A stretch of 64,000 bases of DNA. It comes from Candidatus Latescibacterota bacterium (GTDB lineage: Bacteria; Latescibacterota; UBA2968; GCA-2709665). The stretch lies in contig OZ242358.1 of assembly GCA_965208835.1 (NCBI GenBank), positions 3,840,001 through 3,904,000 of the forward strand, in the 5' to 3' direction. Under the pieces are notes generated by a model. The model searched no databases. It was not told where the DNA came from and saw only the letters and a program-made list of their open reading frames with translations. This document shows positions 9,176 to 18,663 of this stretch, one piece after another. The position numbers and the translations under genes were made by a program. Positions within the stretch are counted from its first letter, which is position 1, and each line of letters begins with the position of its first letter.

Positions 9176-10537
9176 ATGTCTGATACATCCCCTGCCTCGT
9201 CGCGCGCGCCCGGACCGCGCGGGCTTCCACTTCTGGGCTGCGTCCTTCCGTTCCGCAAGGATCCAATCGGATATCTGATGGATGCCTGGACCCGGTACGG
9301 CGACGTGGTCCGACTGGAAATCAGGGGGAAGACGGTACACCTGGTTACCCGCCCGGAACACATCGAACACGTTCTCGTGCACAGGAGGAAAACCTATTTC
9401 AAAGGCTACGGGTACGACGACCAGAAGCTGCTGCTGGGCGATGGGCTGATAACGAGCGAGGGTGAACTCTGGGAGCGCCAACACCGGATCATGCAGCCGT
9501 TCTTCACGCCTAGGGGAACGATGCGTTTCCTGGAGGTAATGGTCAGCGCAATCAGCGAGATGCTTATGCGATGGGAGCCCCTCGCGGATGGCGAACGCGT
9601 GATTCAGGTCGACGAGGAGATGGCGCGCCTCACGGGAAACATCATCGTTCGAATTCTCTTCAGCAGGGACTTGAACGACGAGACAGGTCGGATCGACGAA
9701 GCATTTCAGTACTGCGTCGGATTCATCGACCGGCGTTCGGCGGATCTGATCGCGCTGCCCATGTTCGTCCCCTCGTCCGCGAACCGGCGATTCAAACAAT
9801 CCCTCAGCGAAATCCACCGGTATATCGACGAACGCATCGACGAGCGGCGCGACCATACCGGGGAAGAGGATCTGCTCTCGGTACTCATGCACGCCCGGGA
9901 CGACGAAACGGGTGTGCGTATGGACCGGCGGCAGCTACGGGACGAACTGGTCACGCTGTTCGTTGCGGGATATCAGACAACGATGCATGCGCTGACGTGG
10001 ACGTGGTACCTGCTGGATCGACATCCACAGGTTGCGGGAAGGCTGTGGGAGGAACAGCGTTCAATCCTGAACGGGCGTCTGCCCGGCCTCGAGTCCATCC
10101 ACGAACTGAGCTACGCCCGAATGGTATTCCAGGAAGCGATGCGCCTATACCCGCCGATCAAGGTGATCGTCCGGGAGGCTGCGGGCGACGACGAGATTGA
10201 CGGGTACCGCATCCCCGTGGGCTCACTGGTGCTGGTGAGTCCCTATATCACGCAACGCCATCCTGCCCTGTGGGAAAATCCGGAGACATTCGACCCGGAA
10301 CGATTCAGCCCGGAGCAGGCGGAACGACGCTCCCGCTACGCCTACCTTCCCTTCAGCGCCGGACCCCGGATCTGCCTGGGCGGAAACTTCGCGATGCTGG
10401 AAGCCGTGCTGGTGCTGGCGATGGTGGTCCGGCAGTACCGGCTTCAGCTTGTGCGCGGGCATCCCGTTACGCCGTCGATGGACGTGAAGACGTGGCCGCT
10501 GTACGGCATGCCGATGACGGTCCACCGGCGCGAGTAG
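9176..10537 (+). CDS. Cytochrome P450
   Basis: PGPRGLPLLG hinge, I-helix AGYQTT, EAMRLYPP, FDPERF, heme motif FSAGPRICLG; start could be 9158. Confidence 0.95.
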   Translation: MSDTSPASSRAPGPRGLPLLGCVLPFRKDPIGYLMDAWTRYGDVVRLEIRGKTVHLVTRPEHIEHVLVHRRKTYFKGYGYDDQKLLLGDGLITSEGELWERQHRIMQPFFTPRGTMRFLEVMVSAISEMLMRWEPLADGERVIQVDEEMARLTGNIIVRILFSRDLNDETGRIDEAFQYCVGFIDRRSADLIALPMFVPSSANRRFKQSLSEIHRYIDERIDERRDHTGEEDLLSVLMHARDDETGVRMDRRQLRDELVTLFVAGYQTTMHALTWTWYLLDRHPQVAGRLWEEQRSILNGRLPGLESIHELSYARMVFQEAMRLYPPIKVIVREAAGDDEIDGYRIPVGSLVLVSPYITQRHPALWENPETFDPERFSPEQAERRSRYAYLPFSAGPRICLGGNFAMLEAVLVLAMVVRQYRLQLVRGHPVTPSMDVKTWPLYGMPMTVHRRE

Positions 10538-10568
10538 GAATCATTCCGATTCTAATTCCTCGACGGGA

Positions 10569-12245
10569 CTAACTTTCCTCCACCGTCTCGATCGTATTCA
10601 GAATCGCGTCGGCGTCCTCGTCGGCGGGTTCGTCGCTGAGAATCCGCCATTTGTACTGGATATCCCGCTTCCCCGCGCCCGCCGCGCGCAACACCTCGGC
10701 TTCCGCCCAGCCCGGACGCATCAGATGGAGGCACGGCGGCGCCAGCCTTCGGGAACCGCGTTTCTCTGCGTATTCCACGTTGACCCCCGCCAGCGCATGG
10801 TCCAGATGGGGAATCACCTCGTGTAACAGGAAATCCCGCGAGAACTCTCCCTTTATCTCCGCGTAGATCTCGTACCGGCGGGCCTCCACGCTCGCCACCA
10901 CCCGGAACTGCTCGACCACGGAGACGTCAAATCGCCGGCGAACCTCTTCGAGCGCCAGCAGGAGATGGTTCACGTGCATTTTCTCGCCCGTGATGCTCGT
11001 CATGTCGCGACCCTTGCGGATGAAGGCCAGCAGCGGTGCATTCCGGTAGAAACCGGTCACCTGAACGATGTCGTGAATATCGTAACGGTAAAGCCCTCCG
11101 GGGGTGGTCAGCAGCACCGCATAGTTCACGCCCGACTCCAGTTCGTGACTGGACAACACCTGTGGATCGGCGTCATCCAGCGAAGTCTCGGGGATGAACT
11201 CGTAATAGTTACCGTTCAGCGAGAGAATGCCCGAAGCGGTATTGTCCTGGTTCGGAAGGGTGAAATGTCCTTCGCTGGCCAGAAAGCCCAGGTCGCGCAT
11301 GGGGACATCGCCGTAATATTCCGGCAGCTTCCGGGCCTGAACGCCGACACTGCCTCCCAGCCAGCACGCGATGAGTTTCAGGTCCGGCCAGCAATCCGCC
11401 GGAAGGAGCGAACCGGTCCGCTCCAATATGCCCTCGAGGACCCCCGCGCGGTCGGGATCCGGCACCATTAGGCCGGAGAGTTGTTCGGCAAGTTGTGGCT
11501 GGTCCGGCAGGTCGATACCGGGCGTGCCGTCGTGGACCGCGCGAATGACGGCATCGGCATTCTTGAGTGCGGTTTCCGCGAGGCGAATGAGTGTGCTTGG
11601 ATTGGGTGTGCCGATGTACGAAACGCGCCTGGCCAGCGCCAGGCGCGCGGCCACAAAGTAGCGGCGGTCGTAGTCCTTGATTTCGGAAACCGCGTAAGGG
11701 ACCGCGTAGGTGCTGCGGATCGGCTTGGGGATACGCTGGTAGAGCATACCGGACGCGCTGCCGTACGGAAGTCCGGAGGGTGTGTAACCCTCGACCGCCC
11801 TGCTGACAATCCCGACAAATGCGCCGTCCAGAAACCCGGGATGGTCCTGAAGCGCGCGATAGATCCATTCCAGGGAAAAACTGGACGCGAGCTTCATGGA
11901 CTCGGGCGTGACGGGAATGTACTTCGGTTCTCCCGTGGTCCCGCTCGTCATATTCAACATCCGGGGTGCCGCGGCGGTGAGGACTGTCTGCTCGCCCGCG
12001 GTGATCCGGTTGACGTAGGGCCGCAACCCTTCGTAGTCCCTGATGGGAACCTGGCGGCGAAAGTCGCCCTCCGTGCGGATCGACGCAAAGCCATGGTCCT
12101 TTCCGAACGCGGTGTCGGCGTTGGCCTTTACCATACGGCGAAGCAAGTGGTTTTGCACGTTTTGCGGGCGTTCGGCCGCCCGGTCGAGCTTCCGGGCCAG
12201 GCCGGATCCCTTTATACGAATAATCGTCTTGACGAGCTTTCCCAT
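10569..12245 (-). CDS. GH3-family acyl-acid amido synthetase
   Basis: TAFGKDHGF, VPIRDYE, TSGTTGEPKYIP, LASEG, YYEFIP, GLYRYDIHD, GEK. Confidence 0.92.
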   Translation of the reverse strand: MGKLVKTIIRIKGSGLARKLDRAAERPQNVQNHLLRRMVKANADTAFGKDHGFASIRTEGDFRRQVPIRDYEGLRPYVNRITAGEQTVLTAAAPRMLNMTSGTTGEPKYIPVTPESMKLASSFSLEWIYRALQDHPGFLDGAFVGIVSRAVEGYTPSGLPYGSASGMLYQRIPKPIRSTYAVPYAVSEIKDYDRRYFVAARLALARRVSYIGTPNPSTLIRLAETALKNADAVIRAVHDGTPGIDLPDQPQLAEQLSGLMVPDPDRAGVLEGILERTGSLLPADCWPDLKLIACWLGGSVGVQARKLPEYYGDVPMRDLGFLASEGHFTLPNQDNTASGILSLNGNYYEFIPETSLDDADPQVLSSHELESGVNYAVLLTTPGGLYRYDIHDIVQVTGFYRNAPLLAFIRKGRDMTSITGEKMHVNHLLLALEEVRRRFDVSVVEQFRVVASVEARRYEIYAEIKGEFSRDFLLHEVIPHLDHALAGVNVEYAEKRGSRRLAPPCLHLMRPGWAEAEVLRAAGAGKRDIQYKWRILSDEPADEDADAILNTIETVEES

Positions 12246-12248
12246 TGC

Positions 12249-13409
12249 TCATCCCGCAGCAAGAGTGGTTGTTGTTTCCGCGTGGGCGCGCAGGATGTCA
12301 TCGCGTACGTTGACGCCAAGCCCCGGACCCCGCAGCAGCGGCGCCAGTCCGCCGTGGTTGAACGCGATGGATTCTTCGGTCACGTCTTCGACGAGCAGCA
12401 TGTTTCCGTAGGACCCCTCCACAAACGAAACCCGGTCGATATGGGCGGCCACGTGACGCCCCGCGGCCGAGAGGATGGCGGATTCTCCCACCTGGCAGCC
12501 GAGCTGCAACTGCAGCCCTGCACGGTCGGCCATCCGGGCGATCTCCAGCGTGCGGACCAGACCGCCGCACTTGGAGACGCGCAGATTGAAGAAATCGCAT
12601 GCGCCTGCCTGAATCAGCGCCTCCGCGTCAGCCAGGGTGACAAGGGATTCGTCGGCCATGATCGGAATCGGCGACCGGGACCGCACATTCGCCAGCACCT
12701 CCGGATCGCCCCGGGGGATGGGCTGCTCGGCGCACGCGATGTCAAGGGGCGCAAGAGCCTCGAGGGTTTCGACAGCCGCATCGGGGGTGTAGGCGCAGTT
12801 CGCGTCGACCCGGAGGGAGACGGAGGGTCCGACGGCCTTGCGAACGGCTGCCACGCGGTCTCGCGCGTCGTCCCCGTCGATCTTGATCTTGATGTTCTGA
12901 AGTCCGTATGCCGCACAGACCCGCGCATGGCGGACCGCGCGATCTATGGAACCGCCGCTGATGACGCCGCTGTAAGTGACCGTTGTCCGCCGGGGGCGCA
13001 CAAAGTCGCTCAGTGACAGTTCCCGGCAACGCAACAGGACGTCGAGCAAAGCCAGTTCGCAGGCCGCTCTTGCGGCGTGCCACGCAACGACACCGTCGTC
13101 ACCGCCGTCGGGCAATGTCCGTGCCACGGGTTGCAGAGTAAGAACGGCTTCCGGGCCGGGTTCCAACGCCCCAAAGTCTAAGTCCGCAATGGCGGGCCAG
13201 AGACAATTCGCGATGCGATCGACGCAGGTCTCGACCGTTTCACCCGTCACGTACGGACGCGGCAGCCCTTCTCCGTAGCCAACCGTGCCGTCTTCGGCAG
13301 TCAGGCGCACGACGACCGAGTCCGAGCGGGACCTAACCGAAGCGCTGTGACCGAAGGCCTCGACGAAAGGAATCCTGAGAGAGAAGCACGTTGCGCCGAT
13401 GATCTTCAT
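12249..13409 (-). CDS. Muconate lactonizing/dipeptide-epimerase-like enolase superfamily enzyme
   Basis: GYGEG, KIK, RVDAN, EQP, ADES, NLRVSKCGG, GPGLGV. Confidence 0.88.
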   Translation of the reverse strand: MKIIGATCFSLRIPFVEAFGHSASVRSRSDSVVVRLTAEDGTVGYGEGLPRPYVTGETVETCVDRIANCLWPAIADLDFGALEPGPEAVLTLQPVARTLPDGGDDGVVAWHAARAACELALLDVLLRCRELSLSDFVRPRRTTVTYSGVISGGSIDRAVRHARVCAAYGLQNIKIKIDGDDARDRVAAVRKAVGPSVSLRVDANCAYTPDAAVETLEALAPLDIACAEQPIPRGDPEVLANVRSRSPIPIMADESLVTLADAEALIQAGACDFFNLRVSKCGGLVRTLEIARMADRAGLQLQLGCQVGESAILSAAGRHVAAHIDRVSFVEGSYGNMLLVEDVTEESIAFNHGGLAPLLRGPGLGVNVRDDILRAHAETTTTLAAG

Positions 13410-13417
13410 CACGATCC

Positions 13418-14122
13418 TCAAAGCGGGGCCAGGCCGCAGCGTCCCGGCCGCAGGCGCATTGCGGACCGCATGCGCCGGAGTTCCCTGATAGACGAAATCG
13501 TGAGATCGGGAACTTCGGCGGCGCGGCGCGGCGTCTGAAACCGTGAAAACCCCTGCAAAACACGCATTGTCAAACATCCCTGAGATCTGGCAGGTCCGAT
13601 GTCGTTATCGAGCCGGTCTCCGACCATCAACACGCCCTCGGGTGCGCACCCCGCCCTGGAAATGGCGGCGCCGAAAATCCTTGAATCGGGCTTGGAAAGG
13701 CCGAGTTCGGCGGATGCGAGAACAACAGAGAAATGGTCCCTGATACCCCAATCCGAGAGCCGCTTCTCAGTCCCTTCGGACTGGTTGGCGATGATGCCGA
13801 GCCTGAATTTCCGCGAAAGCGTCTCGAGCATCCCAGGCACACCGGGGTACAATGCTTCCAGTTCTTTTACATAGCGAACAGCGCTTTCAACCGCGCGCCG
13901 CTGTTCCTCCGTCAGATCGAGCCGCGCCAGCATGGCGCGAAACGGGCTTGGCGCGAAATCCGTCGCTGCCTGTTCACACAATTCCATGAGTTCGTCGACG
14001 GAATGGCGCAATCCGAACCTCCGGACACGCTCGCATACGCCCTTGAGACGCGCCCGGTGCGCCCGGGTTTCGTCAACCAGCGTCCAGCCCAGGTCCAGGT
14101 ATATCCATTCGATGTTGGTCAT
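13418..14122 (-). CDS. HAD-superfamily hydrolase
   Basis: LDLGWTLVD, IIANQ, KPDSRIF, MVGDRLDNDI. Confidence 0.9.
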   Translation of the reverse strand: MTNIEWIYLDLGWTLVDETRAHRARLKGVCERVRRFGLRHSVDELMELCEQAATDFAPSPFRAMLARLDLTEEQRRAVESAVRYVKELEALYPGVPGMLETLSRKFRLGIIANQSEGTEKRLSDWGIRDHFSVVLASAELGLSKPDSRIFGAAISRAGCAPEGVLMVGDRLDNDIGPARSQGCLTMRVLQGFSRFQTPRRAAEVPDLTISSIRELRRMRSAMRLRPGRCGLAPL

Positions 14123-14204
14123 TGGGGTGAAAGCTCTCTGCAGCCGCACATACATATCTTCAGCATAGAGTATGGGCCTCTGCGTCCACAGAACCTCCTG
14201 ACGG

Positions 14205-14233
14205 TTGACAGTCTGGTACGATTGCAATATACT
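14205..14233 (+). promoter_or_regulatory. sigma70-type promoter of thermonuclease gene
   Basis: TTGACA-17 nt-TATACT. Confidence 0.7.
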
Positions 14234-14273
14234 GTTGCGTTTCCGTTTCTCAAGCCATATTCAGGAGCGCGTT

Positions 14274-14672
14274 ATGGTATGGATTTTCGTTTTTTTCGGC
14301 CTGTTTTCGCCGGTCGATGGAAAGCAGTCCTTGTACCCCAGGCATGAGGCGACGGTGGTTTCCGTGTACGATGGCGATACGATGACCGTGGACGTGGAGC
14401 TCTGGCCGGGTCTGACGTGGCGCGGAAAGGTGCGCGTGCGGGGCGTGGACACGCCGGAAATTCAGACGAAGAGCGATGCCGAAAAAAGACGCGCCCTGCT
14501 GGCGCGCGACTTCGTCAGGGAAAGGATCGGGAAGACCGTTTACCTGGAGAACGTGAAGCTGGGCAACTTCTCCGGACGCGTCGTGGCCACGGTCAGGCTG
14601 CAGGATGGATCAAACCTCGCGAAGGTGCTGATCCGGGAGGGACACGGGAAGGCGTACAAACGGCGAAGATAA
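14274..14672 (+). CDS. Thermonuclease (SNase-like) family protein
   Basis: VYDGDT, VRVRGVDTPE, GRVVA, LIREGHG; hydrophobic N-terminus; AGGAG RBS. Confidence 0.88.
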   Translation: MVWIFVFFGLFSPVDGKQSLYPRHEATVVSVYDGDTMTVDVELWPGLTWRGKVRVRGVDTPEIQTKSDAEKRRALLARDFVRERIGKTVYLENVKLGNFSGRVVATVRLQDGSNLAKVLIREGHGKAYKRRR

Positions 14673-14855
14673 AAAGTGGGAAAGAAGAAGGAAGAAGGAA
14701 GAAGTATAAAGGGAGAAGCGTGGGAAACTTTTCAGTATGTGACGCCCGCGAATGGTTTTTCGATGTGTGAATCAAGAATTGGTGCGCTAAGTGAATCGTG
14801 GAACCGGCGGGGCGCGGCGCGGTCCTCTTCCTTTTTCCTTCTTCATTCCCGTTTT
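14671..14855. repeat. Inverted pair of purine-rich heptamer (GAAGAAG) tracts
   Basis: (GAAGAAG)x3-TATAAAG-GGAGAAG at 14684-14718; complementary CCTCTTC-CTTTTTC-CTTCTTC-ATTCCC at 14824-14850. Confidence 0.65.
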
Positions 14856-14877
14856 CAATGAGCCCGGCGCGTGGTTT

Positions 14878-15621
14878 TTACTTGAGAGAGATTATATCCC
14901 GCTGAGACGGGCTGAGGCGTTCGGCCAGGCCGGGGCTGAATCGCAGGTGCTGACCTCCCCAATCGGGCATATAGCCAATGCTGTAACAATAGTAAAGCGA
15001 GCGACGCGGACGCCCGGACACGTTCACCGTGGACCCGTGTGTGAGCGCTTCGGTGAACAGAATGGCGTCCCCCGCGCGCGCCGGAACGGCCTGCAAGGGA
15101 GGGTTATCGTTGGGATGGCCGCCCCAGGGTCTCGGGAAATTGCTCTTGTGCGCCCCGGGGATCACAGCGAAGCAGCCGTCTTCCGGCCCGCAGTCCAGCA
15201 TCGGGAAGACCGCTTTCGTCAGCGTCGACACCATCTGTCCGTTGCGGCAGTGATACTGGCACTTGGGGAGGATGGGCGTGCCGTGCATGTGCATCCCCGT
15301 ATAACCCCCGCCCCATCGATAGATCGTGTACGTGTGGTTTAGACGATAAGGCCCGCCGGTAACGCATTCCACGGCATCCAGCAATCCGGGAAGTTCCATC
15401 AGCGGCAGAAATGCGTCGTCGCCCTCCATGATATTCGAAATATAGAGGTTTTCCGGCGTGCGCTCCTGGCCCAATACCACCGGTGCAGGGTAATCCATCG
15501 GGTCCACGGCCTCGAACCGGTCGAGCGCGGCATTGCAGGCCGCCACCATTTCCGGCGGCACGATCTGCTCAAGGATGATATATCCCTGCAGGTCGAATAG
15601 ATATTTCTGTTCCTGGTCCAT
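14878..15621 (-). CDS. Phytanoyl-CoA dioxygenase (PhyH)-like Fe/2OG enzyme
   Basis: YLFDLQGY, IPGAHKSNF, AGDAILFTEALTHGS, RRSL. Confidence 0.88.
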   Translation of the reverse strand: MDQEQKYLFDLQGYIILEQIVPPEMVAACNAALDRFEAVDPMDYPAPVVLGQERTPENLYISNIMEGDDAFLPLMELPGLLDAVECVTGGPYRLNHTYTIYRWGGGYTGMHMHGTPILPKCQYHCRNGQMVSTLTKAVFPMLDCGPEDGCFAVIPGAHKSNFPRPWGGHPNDNPPLQAVPARAGDAILFTEALTHGSTVNVSGRPRRSLYYCYSIGYMPDWGGQHLRFSPGLAERLSPSQRDIISLK

Positions 15622-15671
15622 ACCGCCTCCTCATTCACCGAATCAGTTCACCATCCAACACGGGTATTCCA

Positions 15672-16853
15672 ATGTCCAATCCCAACGTTCAACCGCTCGC
15701 CCAGGACTTCGTCATTGCGGCTCAGGTGCCGGATCCGGTGCGACTCTTCTTCCACGACCCCGACCTGACCCGCCTGGACGACGGCACGCTGCTGCTGGCC
15801 GCGCCTCAATGGCATCGCCCCGGCTGGGATTATTCCCGCCGTCTGCGACTCCTGCGAAGCGACGACGGAGGACTCACCTGGGTGGAGCTCCCCGGCCTGC
15901 CCTACGAAGAAGCCACCCCTTTCGTGCTGGACGGCCGCCTGCTCATGTTCGTGCAGGAAAAATGCCACAAGGACTTTCTGGTCGTGGCCAGCGACGACAG
16001 AGGAGAGACCTGGAGCGATCCCCGGACGGTGATCGAAGGCCCCATCTGGAACATATCCACCTCGAGGGTTCTCCGCCCCGAAGCCGTCTACTGGGCAATG
16101 GACTGGGATCTGCCCGATCATGGGCACGGCGGGAAGACGATGCTCCAGCTGGACAGGAGCATGTCGCCCCTTGACCCGGGAGCATGGACGCTGTCAAATA
16201 TCGTTCGCCAGCCGGAGATTCCCGCTGCAATGACCCGAAACCTCTTCCCGGACGGAAACCGCCCGCAACTGTCCGGCGGCTGGAGAGACCCTCTCGTGTG
16301 GCTGGAGCCCAATACCGTCGAAGTCCGCGGCCGCATCCGCGCGTTCTGCCGCTGTGTTTTCGACGAGTACGCGGCCGCCCACATTGCCGCCGTCTTCGAC
16401 TACGATCCAGACGCCAACCGCCTGAGCTTCACGCAGTTCGCGGCCTGGCCGGGCGCACAGTGTAAATTCTACATTATTCACGATCATTCAGCATCAATGT
16501 ACTGGATGCTGAGCAACCTCATCACGAACTCACAGGACCTGCTTGGCTGGGCAGAAAAAATGCGGGAGTCAGGATATCACGGAGGCCCGGGAAACGAACG
16601 GCGGTGGCTCTATCTCCACTATGGAATCGACTGCCTCAACTGGTTTCCGGCCGGTTGCGTGGCCCGCTGGCCCGACAACGTCTACCGCAGCTTTATGTAT
16701 CCCAGCGCCGTCGTGGACGGGGACGATATCGTGGTACTCTCGCGCACCAGCCGGGACTCGGGCGACCAGCATGACGCCGACCTCTGCACCATCCACCGCA
16801 TTCGAAACTACCGCAGTCTGGCCATGGACCTCCACGCTGGAGGCCTTCACTGA
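15672..16853 (+). CDS. BNR/Asp-box (sialidase-like) beta-propeller protein
   Basis: Asp-boxes SDDGGLTW and SDDRGETW; FMYPSAVVDGDDI, HDAD. Confidence 0.75.
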   Translation: MSNPNVQPLAQDFVIAAQVPDPVRLFFHDPDLTRLDDGTLLLAAPQWHRPGWDYSRRLRLLRSDDGGLTWVELPGLPYEEATPFVLDGRLLMFVQEKCHKDFLVVASDDRGETWSDPRTVIEGPIWNISTSRVLRPEAVYWAMDWDLPDHGHGGKTMLQLDRSMSPLDPGAWTLSNIVRQPEIPAAMTRNLFPDGNRPQLSGGWRDPLVWLEPNTVEVRGRIRAFCRCVFDEYAAAHIAAVFDYDPDANRLSFTQFAAWPGAQCKFYIIHDHSASMYWMLSNLITNSQDLLGWAEKMRESGYHGGPGNERRWLYLHYGIDCLNWFPAGCVARWPDNVYRSFMYPSAVVDGDDIVVLSRTSRDSGDQHDADLCTIHRIRNYRSLAMDLHAGGLH

Positions 16854-16859
16854 TTGCGG

Positions 16860-17588
16860 TCACGTTTTGGCCAGGATATCCAGGTACGCCTCTACCGTGT
16901 TCGCCAGCCCCATTTCCAGCGCTTCGCCGATCAGCGCGTGGCCGATAGAGACTTCCAGGACGCCGGGAATGGAACAGAACCTGCCCAGGTTCTCCAGGTT
17001 CAGATCGTGCCCCGCGTTGACGCCAAGGCCCGCATCCTGAGCGATCGCGGCAGCCCTTGCGTATCCCTCGAAAACCGCCTCCAGATCCTCGTTCTCTCGA
17101 AACGCATCCGCATAGGGTTCCGTGTAGAGCTCAATCCGATCGGCCCCCACAAGCGCGGCTCGCGGGATCTCATCCGAATCGTAGTCCATAAACAGGCTCA
17201 CGCGGCTGCCTAAAGCCTTCAGTTCCTGAATGATCGGCATCAGGCGGTCGCCGTCCTTCGAAAGGTCCCAGCCATGATCGGACGTAAATGCGTCCGGCGT
17301 ATCAGGTACCAGCGTGCACTGCGTGGGCTTCACGCTCCGCACGATGTCCAGGTATCCGGACTCAAAGGGGTTCCCCTCGATATTGAACTCGACGCCAGAA
17401 ACGAGCGCGTTCAGTTCGTACACGTCTGATGGCCTGATATGCCTCTGGTCGGGCCGGGGGTGGACGGTGATACCGTATGCTCCGGCATCGATACAGATCT
17501 GAGCCGCCCGGGTCACGCTCGGAATGCCTAGGGTTCGCGTGTTACGTAGCAGCGCCACCTTGTTTACGTTTACGCTGAGTCTGGTCAT
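16860..17588 (-). CDS. pdxJ: Pyridoxine 5'-phosphate synthase
   Basis: LSVNVNKVALLRN, ITVHPRPDQRHI, IELYT, VNAGHDL, EVSIGHAL. Confidence 0.96.
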   Translation of the reverse strand: MTRLSVNVNKVALLRNTRTLGIPSVTRAAQICIDAGAYGITVHPRPDQRHIRPSDVYELNALVSGVEFNIEGNPFESGYLDIVRSVKPTQCTLVPDTPDAFTSDHGWDLSKDGDRLMPIIQELKALGSRVSLFMDYDSDEIPRAALVGADRIELYTEPYADAFRENEDLEAVFEGYARAAAIAQDAGLGVNAGHDLNLENLGRFCSIPGVLEVSIGHALIGEALEMGLANTVEAYLDILAKT

Positions 17589-17870
17589 TTGAGCCGCCTT
17601 TCGCGGAAGCCGGTTTCCGGTCGAAGCCGGCACGACATGAGTGTTCCAGTCAATCGGAAATATAGCCTCTCGGATATCCGTTTTCAAGGGTCAATCATCA
17701 CATCGACCCGGCGGCGCTCTCCGTCAAATTTCACGGTAGCGGCCCACACAGCGAGGTTCTTCAGTGGGCAAAACCCTTGCAGAATGGCAATGCGCTCCGT
17801 TATATTGCCTGACGCGCCTGCGTGGGAGGCGAACAGAAGTTTTCTCCATTTGCCTGACACTGATACAGTT

Positions 17871-18449
17871 ATGTCGAGTCCGCAGCTTGTCCTTATCGGA
17901 GGACCGAATGGCGCCGGAAAGAGTACGGCCGCTCCACAGCTATTGCGAGATACGCTGGATGTGGCCGAATTCGTCAATGCGGACACCATTGCATCGGGAC
18001 TGTCGGGTTTCCACCCGGAGTCAGCTGCCCTTCAGGCAGGCCGCGTTATGTTGGCACGGCTCCGTGATCTGGCGTCGAAACGCGCGGATTTCGCTTTTGA
18101 GTCGACGCTCGCGAGCCGCAGTTTTGCACCGTGGATACGCCGACTGAAGCAAATCGGTTATGTTTTTCATTTGACATTCCTATGGCTTCCCGATCCGGAC
18201 ATAGCAGTCGCTCGAGTGGCGACACGCGTTCGAGATGGCGGCCACGATATCCCCGACGCAACTATTCGACGGCGATACTATTCAGGACTCTGTAATTTCT
18301 TCAGGCTGTACCGTCCGATTGCGGATCATTGGCGTTTTTACGACAACACGGGGACCAGCGGACCCAGATTGATTTCGACGGGCAGCGGTACCGTTGACTT
18401 GGAAATACGGGACCTCAGACTTTGGACACACATTACGAAAGGTGCGTAG
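17871..18449 (+). CDS. Zeta-toxin-like P-loop ATPase/kinase (COG4185-like)
   Basis: GGPNGAGKST, FVNAD, FAFESTL, RVRDGGHDIP, RRY, YDN. Confidence 0.88.
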   Translation: MSSPQLVLIGGPNGAGKSTAAPQLLRDTLDVAEFVNADTIASGLSGFHPESAALQAGRVMLARLRDLASKRADFAFESTLASRSFAPWIRRLKQIGYVFHLTFLWLPDPDIAVARVATRVRDGGHDIPDATIRRRYYSGLCNFFRLYRPIADHWRFYDNTGTSGPRLISTGSGTVDLEIRDLRLWTHITKGA

Positions 18450-18453
18450 GATC

Positions 18454-18663
18454 GTGAGAAGATCATCGAGCAAAGATGTTAGCAGGATCTTCAAGGAAGG
18501 CACATTGATCGACGATGCTTTGAGAGAAGCCGTTCGAAAGGCGCTATTGCAGCACAAACGCAACGGGAATCCCATTGCAACCTGGCAAGACGGAAAGGTC
18601 GTGTGGATCCCCGCCGATCAGATCCAGGTAGACATGGATACCGATCAGGAAGCCAGCGGATGA
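18454..18663 (+). CDS. Small partner protein of the zeta-like ATPase
   Basis: 69 aa; ALREAVRKALLQHKRNGNPIATWQDGKVVWI; stop overlaps the next ATG. Confidence 0.7.
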   Translation: MRRSSSKDVSRIFKEGTLIDDALREAVRKALLQHKRNGNPIATWQDGKVVWIPADQIQVDMDTDQEASG

